Source: an uncultured Sphingobacteriia bacterium
GTDB taxonomy: Bacteria > Bacteroidota > Bacteroidia > Chitinophagales > Chitinophagaceae
Direction of reading: 5' to 3'
NCBI GenBank assembly: GCA_945957225.1
Contig: CAMFKK010000001.1
Location: 1 to 59,744 of the forward strand
DNA: 59,744 nucleotides
Notes under the pieces: model-generated
The model's database searches: none
The model's input: only the letters and a program-made list of their open reading frames with translations
What the model was told of the DNA's origin: nothing
Program-made: the position numbers and the translations under genes
Shown: positions 38,977 to 48,347 of the stretch, piece by piece
Layout: the number at the start of each line of letters is the position of its first letter
Numbering within the stretch: the first letter of the stretch is position 1

Positions 38977-40461
38977 ATGGGTAATTATTTCAACACACTT
39001 TCTTTAAGGGAAAAATTGAATCAACTGGGTGTATGCGAATTTATGGACAAATCAGAATTTGCAGACGGTGTAGAAAAACTGAAAGGAAAGAAAATTGTGA
39101 TTGTAGGATGTGGAGCACAGGGTTTAAACCAAGGGTTAAACCTGCGTGATTCCGGTTTAGATGTGTCTTACACTTTGCGCAAAGAAGCCATTGATGCAAA
39201 ACGTCAGTCCTGGAAATCTGCTACTGAAAACAATTTTATTGTTGGCACATATGAGGAATTGATTCCAACAGCGGATCTTGTAATTAATTTGACTCCAGAC
39301 AAACAACATACTTCAGTAATCAATGCTGTAATGCCCTTGATGAAACATGGTGCCACCCTTTCTTATTCCCATGGTTTTAATATTGTGGAAGAAGGTATGC
39401 AAATTAGAAAAGACATTACCGTAATCATGGTGGCACCCAAATGTCCTGGTTCTGAAGTACGTGCAGAATACCAACGCGGTTTTGGCGTACCTACATTAAT
39501 TGCAGTTCACCCTGAGAATGATCCAGAAGGAAAGGGTTGGGAGCAGGCAAAAGCCTATTGCGCAGGAACAGGTGGTCACAGAGCTGGTGTATTAAAATCA
39601 TCTTTTGTAGCTGAAGTAAAATCTGATTTAATGGGTGAGCAAACCATTCTTTGTGGTTTGTTGCAAACCGGTTCTATTCTTTGTTTTGACAAGATGGTTG
39701 AAAAAGGCATTGACAAAGGATATGCTTCTAAACTCATTCAATACGGATGGGAAGTAGTTACCGAAGCCTTAAAGCAAGGTGGTATTACCGCTATGATGGA
39801 TAGATTGTCAAATCCTGCCAAGATCAAGGCTTATGAATTGTCAGAAGAATTAAAAGACATCATGCGTACTTTATTCCAAAAGCACCAAGACGATATCATG
39901 AGTGGAGAATTTTCTAAAACCATGATGGAAGACTGGGCTAATAATGATAAGAACCTGCTTACTTGGAGAGCTGCAACAGGAGAAACTGCTTTTGAAAAAA
40001 CGCCTGCCGGCGATGTAAAAATTGCTGAACAAGCATTTTTTGACAATGGTTTGTTATTGGTTGCATTTGTTAGAGCAGGTGTGGAATTGGCATTTGAAAC
40101 CATGGTGGAATCTGGTATTAAAGCAGAATCTGCTTATTATGAGTCATTGCATGAGACACCATTGATTGCCAATACCATTGCGCGTAAGAAATTGTTTGAA
40201 ATGAACCGCGTTATTTCTGATACGGCTGAATATGGTTGCTATTTGTTTGATCATGCTTGCAAACCATTATTGGCAGATTTTATGAAGAAAGTAGATACTG
40301 ATGTGATTGGTAAGAATTTCAACAATGGTATTGATGCTGGTGTTGACAATAAAGTATTGATTGCGGTGAATGAAGTAATTCGCTATCACCAAGTAGAATT
40401 GGTGGGTGCGGAATTACGCAGGGCCATGACCGATATGAAGACCATTAGTACTATATCATAA
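38977..40461 (+). CDS. ilvC: Ketol-acid reductoisomerase (class II, long form)
   Basis: [59 protein letters not shown]. Confidence 0.98.
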   Translation: MGNYFNTLSLREKLNQLGVCEFMDKSEFADGVEKLKGKKIVIVGCGAQGLNQGLNLRDSGLDVSYTLRKEAIDAKRQSWKSATENNFIVGTYEELIPTADLVINLTPDKQHTSVINAVMPLMKHGATLSYSHGFNIVEEGMQIRKDITVIMVAPKCPGSEVRAEYQRGFGVPTLIAVHPENDPEGKGWEQAKAYCAGTGGHRAGVLKSSFVAEVKSDLMGEQTILCGLLQTGSILCFDKMVEKGIDKGYASKLIQYGWEVVTEALKQGGITAMMDRLSNPAKIKAYELSEELKDIMRTLFQKHQDDIMSGEFSKTMMEDWANNDKNLLTWRAATGETAFEKTPAGDVKIAEQAFFDNGLLLVAFVRAGVELAFETMVESGIKAESAYYESLHETPLIANTIARKKLFEMNRVISDTAEYGCYLFDHACKPLLADFMKKVDTDVIGKNFNNGIDAGVDNKVLIAVNEVIRYHQVELVGAELRRAMTDMKTISTIS

Positions 40462-40469
40462 TGTAGTTT

Positions 40470-40506
40470 GCCTGCTGAACCCTCATGTTCAGCAGGCTAT
40501 TTTTTT
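40470..40506 (+). terminator. Intrinsic terminator after ilvC
   Basis: GCCTGCTGAAC-CCTCAT-GTTCAGCAGGC-TATTTTTTT. Confidence 0.88.
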
Positions 40507-40562
40507 GATGGATCAACTTGAAATGCCAGAAGATTTTATTATCTTCAAGCCTCATTAGGAAC

Positions 40563-40655
40563 ATGCAATCACTGCAACAACATATTATCCTTTCCAATAC
40601 AACGGCTTCTACGCTGTTTGTTGTTGTTCCTACAACTACCACTACGACCCTGTAA
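40563..40655 (+). CDS. thrL: thr operon leader peptide (30 aa)
   Basis: MQSLQQHIILSNTTASTLFVVVPTTTTTTL*; 9 Thr including 6 consecutive. Preceded by a promoter-like TTG-N19-TATCTTCA; directly upstream of thrA. Confidence 0.85.
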   Translation: MQSLQQHIILSNTTASTLFVVVPTTTTTTL

Positions 40656-40747
40656 GGGGTTGTCATTTCCATATTATCAAAGGGCTGTAAAGCTGTTCAT
40701 CAACAAGATCAAATCATTTGTTCCTAAGGGAATCTGAAATAGAAGAC

Positions 40748-43192
40748 ATGCAAGTATTAAAATTTGGCGGTAGCTCTGTGGCCAATGCCAAAAACATGAA
40801 CCAAGTAGTTTCCATTGTATTGGAAGCAGTGAAAAAAGAACCACTGGTATTAGTAGTATCTGCCATGGGTGGTGTAACCGATGCGCTTTTGCAAACGGGG
40901 AATTTGGCAGAAAAAGGAGATGAATCTTACCAGCAAATACTAAAAGGCTTGGAACAAAAGCATTTAGACGCAGTAAGAGCGTTATTACCCATTCAACAAC
41001 AAAGTGCTTGTTTGAGTCAGGTAAAACAAAAGTTCAATGAATTGGAAGCCATCAGTGATGGTGTATTCTTATTAGGAGAATTATCTGACCGTACAAAAGA
41101 CAGAATGGTCAGTTATGGAGAGCTACTTTCTTCTTTAATTCTTGCGGCAAAATTTCAATCTATTCCACAGGAACAGCATTGGATTGATACAAGAAATTTG
41201 ATTAAAACCAATTCTAACCATGGGAATGCTATAGTAGATTTTGGAAAAACAAATGCTCTGATGGCTGCTTATTTTCAGCAGCATCCTGCCAGTCTTTATA
41301 TAGCCCCGGGCTTTATAGCCAGTGATCATCAGAACCATACTACTACTTTAGGAAGAGGTGGTTCAGATTATACAGCAGCTATTTTTGCCGCATCAGTAGG
41401 TGCTTCTGTATTAGAAATCTGGACCGATGTAAGTGGCATGATGACCGCTGATCCAAGACTGGTAGCAAATGCAAAACCTATTCAACATATTTCTTATCAG
41501 GAAGCCATGGAGCTTTCTCATTTTGGTGCTAAAATCATTTATCCCCCAACCATTCAGCCTGTGATGACTGCCCATATTCCGGTATGGGTCAAGAATACTT
41601 TTGCAGCAGAGGAACACGGTACTTTAATTGAGAATGGTACCAGTATCAATGATAATATCATTCGCGGAATCTCTTCTGTTAACAAGATCAGTTTACTTAG
41701 CCTGGAAGGCAGTGGTATGGTGGGTATTCCTGGATTTTCCAAGCGCCTTTTTGAATCCTTAGCTAATCAAAGTGTGAATGTGATTTTGATTACCCAAAGC
41801 TCTTCTGAACATAGTATTTGTGTAGGGATCAATGATGCAGACACAGATAAAGCCAAAGCAGCTATAGACCTCATGTTTAGCCATGAAATTCAAACCGGAA
41901 GGGTAGAACCTTTGAAAGTTGAAAGGGATTTGTCTATTGTTGCCTTGGTAGGTGAACAGATGAAAAGCCATCCGGGCATCAGTGGCAAAATGTTTGGTGT
42001 GCTTGGTAGAAATGGGATTAATGTGCGTGCCATTGCACAAGGTTCTTCAGAAAAAAATATCTCTGCTGTTCTTTCTTCTTCAGATGTTCAAAAAGCCATC
42101 AACGTATTACACGAGGAATTCTTTGAAACTACGTATAAACAGTTAAACGTATTTATTGCGGGTACAGGTAATGTAGGCGGAAAGCTCTTGGCTCAATTGC
42201 AAAAGCAATATCAATACTTATTAGAGCATTTGCGTTTGCAAATACGGGTGGTAGGTTTGGCTAATAGTAAACGCATTTTGGTGCAAGAAGAAGGGATTGA
42301 CCTTGATAACTGGAAATCTGGTTTACAAGATGCGCCAATTGGAACTATTCACCAATTTGTAGAACAGATTAGAACCCTGAACTTACGCAATAGTGTTTTT
42401 GTAGACGTAACTGCCAATGCAGAAGTGGCAGCTGTTTATGGGAAATTACTTACTAGGTCTATTTCCGTAGTGGCTTGTAATAAAATTGCATGTTCTTCTG
42501 CTTATACTTCCTATCAGCAACTCAAACAACAGGCCAGAGAATACAATGCTAAATTTTTGTTTGAAACCAATGTTGGAGCTGGTTTGCCTGTGATTGGAAC
42601 CTTAACAGATTTGCTCAGAAGTGGCGATTCTATTAGCAAAATTCAGGCGGTACTTTCTGGAACCCTCAACTTTGTATTTAATAACTACAATGCTACAAAG
42701 CCTTTTGCCCAAGTGGTTAAACAGGCACAGGAAGAAGGATATACAGAGCCAGATCCCAGACTGGATTTGGGTGGAACCGATGTGATGCGCAAGATCATGA
42801 TCCTGGCTAGGGAATCTGGCAGACAAATAGAAATGGAAGATATAAGTAATGCGTATTTTTTACCTGCCAGTTGTTTTGAAGGAACAGTTGAAGACTTTTA
42901 TAAAGAGATGGAAAAACAAGAACCTCATTTTAAAGCTATCTATGATGCAGCTGCTGCCAAAGGTTGCAAGTTGAAATTTGTAGCGGCTTATGAAAATGGA
43001 AAAGCTTCGGTTGGTTTGCAACATATTCCTGCAGACTCAGACTTTTATCATTTGTATGGCAAAGACAATTTGGTGTTGTTTTATACTGAGCGATATCCAG
43101 AACAACCCCTAGTGGTTAAAGGCGCAGGTGCTGGAGCTGATGTAACAGCTTCAGGAGTATTTGCAGATATTATTCGTGTAGCAAGGGTTTAA
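40748..43192 (+). CDS. thrA: Bifunctional aspartate kinase / homoserine dehydrogenase
   Basis: MQVLKFGGSSV, LGRGGSDY, IWTDVSG, two ACT domains, GTGNVG, ETNVGAGLP, GYTEPDPR.DL.G.DV.RK, GAGA.VTA. Confidence 0.98.
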   Translation: MQVLKFGGSSVANAKNMNQVVSIVLEAVKKEPLVLVVSAMGGVTDALLQTGNLAEKGDESYQQILKGLEQKHLDAVRALLPIQQQSACLSQVKQKFNELEAISDGVFLLGELSDRTKDRMVSYGELLSSLILAAKFQSIPQEQHWIDTRNLIKTNSNHGNAIVDFGKTNALMAAYFQQHPASLYIAPGFIASDHQNHTTTLGRGGSDYTAAIFAASVGASVLEIWTDVSGMMTADPRLVANAKPIQHISYQEAMELSHFGAKIIYPPTIQPVMTAHIPVWVKNTFAAEEHGTLIENGTSINDNIIRGISSVNKISLLSLEGSGMVGIPGFSKRLFESLANQSVNVILITQSSSEHSICVGINDADTDKAKAAIDLMFSHEIQTGRVEPLKVERDLSIVALVGEQMKSHPGISGKMFGVLGRNGINVRAIAQGSSEKNISAVLSSSDVQKAINVLHEEFFETTYKQLNVFIAGTGNVGGKLLAQLQKQYQYLLEHLRLQIRVVGLANSKRILVQEEGIDLDNWKSGLQDAPIGTIHQFVEQIRTLNLRNSVFVDVTANAEVAAVYGKLLTRSISVVACNKIACSSAYTSYQQLKQQAREYNAKFLFETNVGAGLPVIGTLTDLLRSGDSISKIQAVLSGTLNFVFNNYNATKPFAQVVKQAQEEGYTEPDPRLDLGGTDVMRKIMILARESGRQIEMEDISNAYFLPASCFEGTVEDFYKEMEKQEPHFKAIYDAAAAKGCKLKFVAAYENGKASVGLQHIPADSDFYHLYGKDNLVLFYTERYPEQPLVVKGAGAGADVTASGVFADIIRVARV

Positions 43193-43202
43193 ACAATTAA
43201 AG

Positions 43203-44195
43203 ATGGAAAACAAATTAGACCTCAATAGCCCTTATGAAATGGACTTTTCTGCAATAGTAAAAGTGGAAGCGCCTGCTACTGTGGCCAATATGGTTTGCGG
43301 TTTTGACGTACTTGGGTTTGCCGTAAATGAACCCTATGACCAAATGCAGATTAGGTTTCAAGAAAGGCCCGGTATTACCATTATCAATGACGATGATTAT
43401 AACCTACCCACCGACCCAGAAAAAAATGTAGCGGGTGCAGCATTGTTGGCTATGATGGAAGAATTACCCAGCAATATTGGTTTTGAACTCACTATTAAAA
43501 AACTGATCAAACCAGGCTCTGGGGTGGGCTCTAGTGCAGCTAGTTCCGCTGGTGCCGTGGCTGCTGCCAATAAACTTTTGCATCATTGCTTTAGTAAAGA
43601 AGACCTAGTTAGGTTTGCCATGAATGGAGAGAAAGTAGCATCAGGTGTTAAGCACGCAGATAATATTGCACCCTGTATTTATGGAGGGGTCACTCTGATC
43701 CGTTCCATTTTTCCATTGGATATTGTAGCATTAACAGCACCCCCCTTATTTGTAACCATTGTGCATCCACAAATAGAGGTTAAAACTTCTGATGCTAGAA
43801 GCATTTTACAACAAAAAGTATTGCTTAAAGATGCTATAAAACAATGGGGAAATATTGCAGGACTGGTAGCTGGTTTATTACAATCAGACTATGCATTAAT
43901 TGGAAGATCTTTAGAAGACGTATTAATAGAACCCGTGAGAAGTATTCTAATTCCAGGTTTTGATCAAATTAAAGCACAAAGCAAAGAAGCTGGTGCTTTG
44001 GGTGGAGGCATCTCTGGTTCTGGTCCCTCTATTTTTATGTTGAGTGAAACAGAAGCTACTGCTCAAAAAGTAGCAGGAGTGATGCATCAGATTTATGATA
44101 ATCTGAAATTGGATCACCATACCTATGTAACCACCATTAACCACAGTGGCGTGAGATTTGTGGATTCATTTACTACAGAAGACGCAGCTTTATGA
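43203..44195 (+). CDS. thrB: Homoserine kinase
   Basis: PATVANMVCGFDVLG, PGSGVGSSAAS, HADNIAP, ISGSGPS. Confidence 0.96.
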   Translation: MENKLDLNSPYEMDFSAIVKVEAPATVANMVCGFDVLGFAVNEPYDQMQIRFQERPGITIINDDDYNLPTDPEKNVAGAALLAMMEELPSNIGFELTIKKLIKPGSGVGSSAASSAGAVAAANKLLHHCFSKEDLVRFAMNGEKVASGVKHADNIAPCIYGGVTLIRSIFPLDIVALTAPPLFVTIVHPQIEVKTSDARSILQQKVLLKDAIKQWGNIAGLVAGLLQSDYALIGRSLEDVLIEPVRSILIPGFDQIKAQSKEAGALGGGISGSGPSIFMLSETEATAQKVAGVMHQIYDNLKLDHHTYVTTINHSGVRFVDSFTTEDAAL

Positions 44196-45496
44196 AATAT
44201 AGGAGTCTAAATGCAAACGCACCAATGGTAGATTTTAGGGAAGCTACCATTAGAGGTCAGGCACCAGACAAGGGTTTGTATTTTCCCATGCAAATACCCC
44301 AGTTAAGCAATTCATTTTTGGAGGCATTGCCAAGCATGGACAAAACTGCATTGGCTTTGCAAATAATGCAACCCTATGTTGGTGAAAGCATTGATACCAA
44401 TAGTTTAGAGCAGATAGTAAAGGAAACAGTTGATTTTGAGTTTCCCTTGGTTAAGATTAATCAGGACATTTATTCCCTTGAATTATTTCATGGTCCAACC
44501 CTGGCTTTTAAAGACGTGGGTGCCAGATTCATGAGCCGTTGTTTGGGGCATTTTTCCAAAGCTGCTTATAATAAGACCACAGTCCTAGTAGCAACATCAG
44601 GTGATACTGGAGGGGCCGTAGCCAATGGATTCTTGGGTGTGGATGGGGTAGAAGTAATTATCCTTTATCCAAGTGGTAAAGTGAGTCCGGTTCAGGAATT
44701 ACAATTAACCACTTGTGGTCAGAATATCAAGGCCCTTGAAGTGATGGGTAGTTTTGACGATTGTCAGGCCATGGTCAAAGATGCCTTTATGGACAAAGAC
44801 TTGAATGGTCATCTTTCGCTCACATCTGCTAATAGCATCAATGTAGCTAGGTGGTTGCCACAACAACTCTATTATTTCTTTGCATGGCAACAATGGCTTC
44901 AAATGGGCTTTACAACAGCACCAGTGATAGCGGTACCTAGCGGCAATTTTGGAAATCTATGCGCGGGTTTAATGGCTCATGCCAGTGGATTACCCTTACA
45001 ACATTTTATTGCAGCTTGTAATATCAATGATGCAGTACCTGCATATTTACGCACGGGTCAATACCAACCCAAGACAGCTATACCCACAATTAGCAATGCC
45101 ATGGATGTAGGAAGCCCCAGCAATTTTGTGCGCATCTTAGAATTGTTTGCTCAGGATCACCAAAAAATGGCTGCAACTATGAAAGGTTTTACGGTATCAG
45201 ATGCTATTACTCAACAGACCATTGCAGCAGTCTATCAACAATATGGCTATATCTTGGATCCACATGGAGCGGTTGCTTATTACGCATTAGAATCATTTCA
45301 AAATAACCATCCAGATGCCAAGGGTATCATTTTAGAAACAGCCCATCCTGTGAAATTTCCAGAAACGGTAGAAGCTGCCATTGGCAAATCCATTCCTATT
45401 CCAGCATCGGTATTGCCCTTGTTCCAGCAAAGCAAAAAAAGCGTTCACATGCAGGCCAATTTTGCCGCATTAAAAGAATGGTTATTGGCACAATAA
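44192..45496 (+). CDS. thrC: Threonine synthase
   Basis: LELFHGPTLAFKD, ATSGDTG, SANSIN, VPSGNFGN, ETAHPVKF. Confidence 0.97.
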   Translation: MKYRSLNANAPMVDFREATIRGQAPDKGLYFPMQIPQLSNSFLEALPSMDKTALALQIMQPYVGESIDTNSLEQIVKETVDFEFPLVKINQDIYSLELFHGPTLAFKDVGARFMSRCLGHFSKAAYNKTTVLVATSGDTGGAVANGFLGVDGVEVIILYPSGKVSPVQELQLTTCGQNIKALEVMGSFDDCQAMVKDAFMDKDLNGHLSLTSANSINVARWLPQQLYYFFAWQQWLQMGFTTAPVIAVPSGNFGNLCAGLMAHASGLPLQHFIAACNINDAVPAYLRTGQYQPKTAIPTISNAMDVGSPSNFVRILELFAQDHQKMAATMKGFTVSDAITQQTIAAVYQQYGYILDPHGAVAYYALESFQNNHPDAKGIILETAHPVKFPETVEAAIGKSIPIPASVLPLFQQSKKSVHMQANFAALKEWLLAQ

Positions 45497-45556
45497 AGAC
45501 CGGATGTATGGTATTTTTTTAGGATTGCTTAACTTGGCCATGTTTAAATCATTGCC

Positions 45557-47311
45557 ATGCTTGCCAAAATCTTGCGTATTGCCCTTCTTGTTTTTTTAGT
45601 TATTAATGCTTTTGCAACTGCCATGGCGCAGCAGAAAACTTATTGCAATCCTATCAATATTGACTACGGCTATTGCCCCATTCCAAATTTCTCTGAGCAG
45701 GGCAAACATAGGGCCACAGCGGATCCTGTGATTACAGTATTCAAAGGCAATTACTATTTGTTTTCAACCAATCAATGGGGTTATTGGTGGAGTCCTGATA
45801 TGGTTCAGTGGAATTTTGTGGCCAGAAAATTTCTAAAACCCTGGCATAAAGTCTATGATGAATTATGTGCCCCAGCTACCCTTGTTATGGGAGATACTTT
45901 ATTGGTCATTGGTAGCACCTATGCTAAAAACTTTCCTATTTGGATGAGTACCAATCCACAAAAAGACGAATGGAAAGAAATAGTAGATAGCTTTCAAGTA
46001 GGTGCTTGGGATCCTGCATTTTTTCTGGATGAGGACCAGCGTTTGTATATCTATTTTGGCTCTAGCAATACCTTTCCCACTTATGGCCAAGAGCTTGATA
46101 GAAAGACTTTGCAACCCATTGGGGAGCGCAAAGAATTGCTCCGTTTAAATGATAGTATTCATGGTTGGGAACGTTTTGGTGAATACCATGATAATACTTT
46201 TCTGAAGCCATTTATAGAAGGGTCATGGATGAATAAACACAAGGGAAAATACTATTTACAGTATGGTGCTCCTGGAACAGAATTCAGTGGCTATGGCGAT
46301 GGGGTATATGTATCAGACCATCCCATGGGGCCCTTTACATACCAGTCTCACAATCCTTTTTCTTTTAAGCCTGGTGGATTTGTAAACGGAGCTGGTCATG
46401 GGGCTACCTATCAGGATCTGTTTCAACAATGGTGGCATGTATCTACTCTGGTGATTGCAACCAAGAATAATTTTGAAAGAAGGATTGGGATTTGGCCAGC
46501 AGATTTTGACAAGGATGGCATATTATATACCAATACAACCTACGGCGATTATCCTCATTATCTGCCAAACAAAAACGCGGATCATAGCAAAAGTCAATTT
46601 ACCGGTTGGATGTTATTAAACTATAACAAACCCATACAAGTGTCCAGTACTTTAGGTGCATTTTCCGCCAACTTGGCCAATGATGAAAATATCAAGACCT
46701 ATTGGAGTGCAAAAACAGGTACCAAATCTGAGTGGATTCAGACTGATTTAGGTACAGTTGCTACTGTAAACGCTATTCAAATCAATTATGCAGACCAAGA
46801 CGCGGATATCATGGGTAAGCAATCTGGTTTGTACCACCAATACCAACTACTTGGAAGCAAGGATGGCAAAACCTGGGAATTGCTCAAAGACAAATCACAG
46901 AACAAAACCGATATTCCACATGAGTATCTTGTTTTTGACAAGCCTGTACAGACCAGGTATATCAAAATGCTCAATATACATGTGCCCACAGGAAAATTTG
47001 CCATCAGCGGTTTACGTGTATTTGGCAAAGGAAGCGGTGCAGTGCCTGATACTGTGCAGCATTTTATTGTTTTGCGAGGCGATAGTGAAAGAAGAAGTTC
47101 TTGGCTAAAATGGCAGGTAAATGAAAAAGCAACAGGTTATGTTATCTATACGGGAACAGCACCTGATAAATTATACAATAGCATCATGGTCTATGGTACC
47201 AATGAATATTATTTCTCTGCTATGGAAAAAGACAAAGCCTATTATTTTCAGATAGAGCCCTTTAATGAGAATGGGATTGGTAGAAGAACAAGCGTAGTTA
47301 AAGTGGAATAA
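45557..47311 (+). CDS. GH43 glycoside hydrolase with F5/8 (CBM32-like) and FN3-like C-terminal domains
   Basis: Signal peptide; TADP, WDPAFF, FIEGSWM, GAGHG; WIQTDLG..VNAIQINY..YIK discoidin pattern. Confidence 0.9.
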   Translation: MLAKILRIALLVFLVINAFATAMAQQKTYCNPINIDYGYCPIPNFSEQGKHRATADPVITVFKGNYYLFSTNQWGYWWSPDMVQWNFVARKFLKPWHKVYDELCAPATLVMGDTLLVIGSTYAKNFPIWMSTNPQKDEWKEIVDSFQVGAWDPAFFLDEDQRLYIYFGSSNTFPTYGQELDRKTLQPIGERKELLRLNDSIHGWERFGEYHDNTFLKPFIEGSWMNKHKGKYYLQYGAPGTEFSGYGDGVYVSDHPMGPFTYQSHNPFSFKPGGFVNGAGHGATYQDLFQQWWHVSTLVIATKNNFERRIGIWPADFDKDGILYTNTTYGDYPHYLPNKNADHSKSQFTGWMLLNYNKPIQVSSTLGAFSANLANDENIKTYWSAKTGTKSEWIQTDLGTVATVNAIQINYADQDADIMGKQSGLYHQYQLLGSKDGKTWELLKDKSQNKTDIPHEYLVFDKPVQTRYIKMLNIHVPTGKFAISGLRVFGKGSGAVPDTVQHFIVLRGDSERRSSWLKWQVNEKATGYVIYTGTAPDKLYNSIMVYGTNEYYFSAMEKDKAYYFQIEPFNENGIGRRTSVVKVE

Positions 47312-47320
47312 TTAAAAAGA

Positions 47321-47962
47321 TTAGATCTGGTTCTCTACAATAAATTTCATCAACGCACCTGGTGAATTTAGTTTGAGTTTCTGCATAATGTTTTTCCGGT
47401 GGGTTTCAACCGTATACACACTCAAATGCAATGTTTGCGCCATTTCCTGATTGGTTAGGCCTTGTTTAATATATTGAATAATCTCTCGCTCGCGCTTGGT
47501 TAAATTAAACTGCTGAATAAAGCTGTCATTGAAATCACTTGATTCAGCATCCCCATGACTTGGTGTAGAAAAATTGGCACCAGAATAAACCATGCGAATG
47601 GTTTGAATCAATTCTTCTTTCTGACTGCTCTTTAACAAATATCCATTTGCCCCCTTTGTTTTTGCTTCTTTGATAATGGCATCATCAAAATATCCAGAGA
47701 GCATTACAATCTTGATATTGGGGTAAGATTGCTTTATATACTTGATGGTTTCAAGCCCATTCATTTTGGGCATATTGATATCTAGTAAGATTAAATCCGG
47801 TTTGTAAACAGGTAACATATCCAATACTTCTCTTCCATTATTGGCAATACCACACAAATCAAAATCGGTTTCCCTTTTGAGCATAAGCGTGAGTCCTTCA
47901 ATGAATAAAGGATGATCATCCGCGAGCATTATTTTGATAATTGTTTTTTCTTCTGTTCCCAT
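47321..47962 (-). CDS. NarL/FixJ-family response regulator (REC + LuxR HTH)
   Basis: LADDH, LLDINMP, GYLLK; LTKREREII..GLTNQEMA..L.LS..TVETHRKNIMQKL. Confidence 0.95.
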   Translation of the reverse strand: MGTEEKTIIKIMLADDHPLFIEGLTLMLKRETDFDLCGIANNGREVLDMLPVYKPDLILLDINMPKMNGLETIKYIKQSYPNIKIVMLSGYFDDAIIKEAKTKGANGYLLKSSQKEELIQTIRMVYSGANFSTPSHGDAESSDFNDSFIQQFNLTKREREIIQYIKQGLTNQEMAQTLHLSVYTVETHRKNIMQKLKLNSPGALMKFIVENQI

Positions 47963-47998
47963 GGTATAGCAATGTTGCCTTTTAAGGACTTAATAAAT

Positions 47999-48140
47999 AT
48001 ACAAAGAACTTGGTATATAGTGAAAATATCTATATAAACTAATGGTTTTGAATGATTCTTTGCTTAATAAATATCATTTTTTTTGGTTAAGAAAAACCAA
48101 AAAATTGCTGTTTTTTCAATAAATACAAAGACACTGGTAT
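47999..48140. promoter_or_regulatory. Two related 18-bp ATAC-N10-GTAT operator-like sites
   Basis: ATACAAAGAACTTGGTAT (47999-48016) and ATACAAAGACACTGGTAT (48123-48140), 15/18 identical. Confidence 0.5.
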
Positions 48141-48347
48141 TTCCCACAAGTTACCAAGCATCTAGTTTTGACCTATCAATGAATTAATAGTCACCAAGCA
48201 AAAAAAACTTTTAAGTCCTGTGTAGGATATCCCCTACAGAATTTCTGTAGCTACACTTACAACCCCGGCCTAATCCCATCCGGAGCTTTGTAAAAGATCT
48301 AAAAGCATTGTTCATGGAACTAGCAATTCCACCCTTAACCGCTTTAC

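Noticed and set aside
38977-40461. Long class II IlvC as evidence of horizontal transfer
   Set aside because: Class II enzymes occur in Bacteroidota, and the composition looks like that of neighbouring genes.
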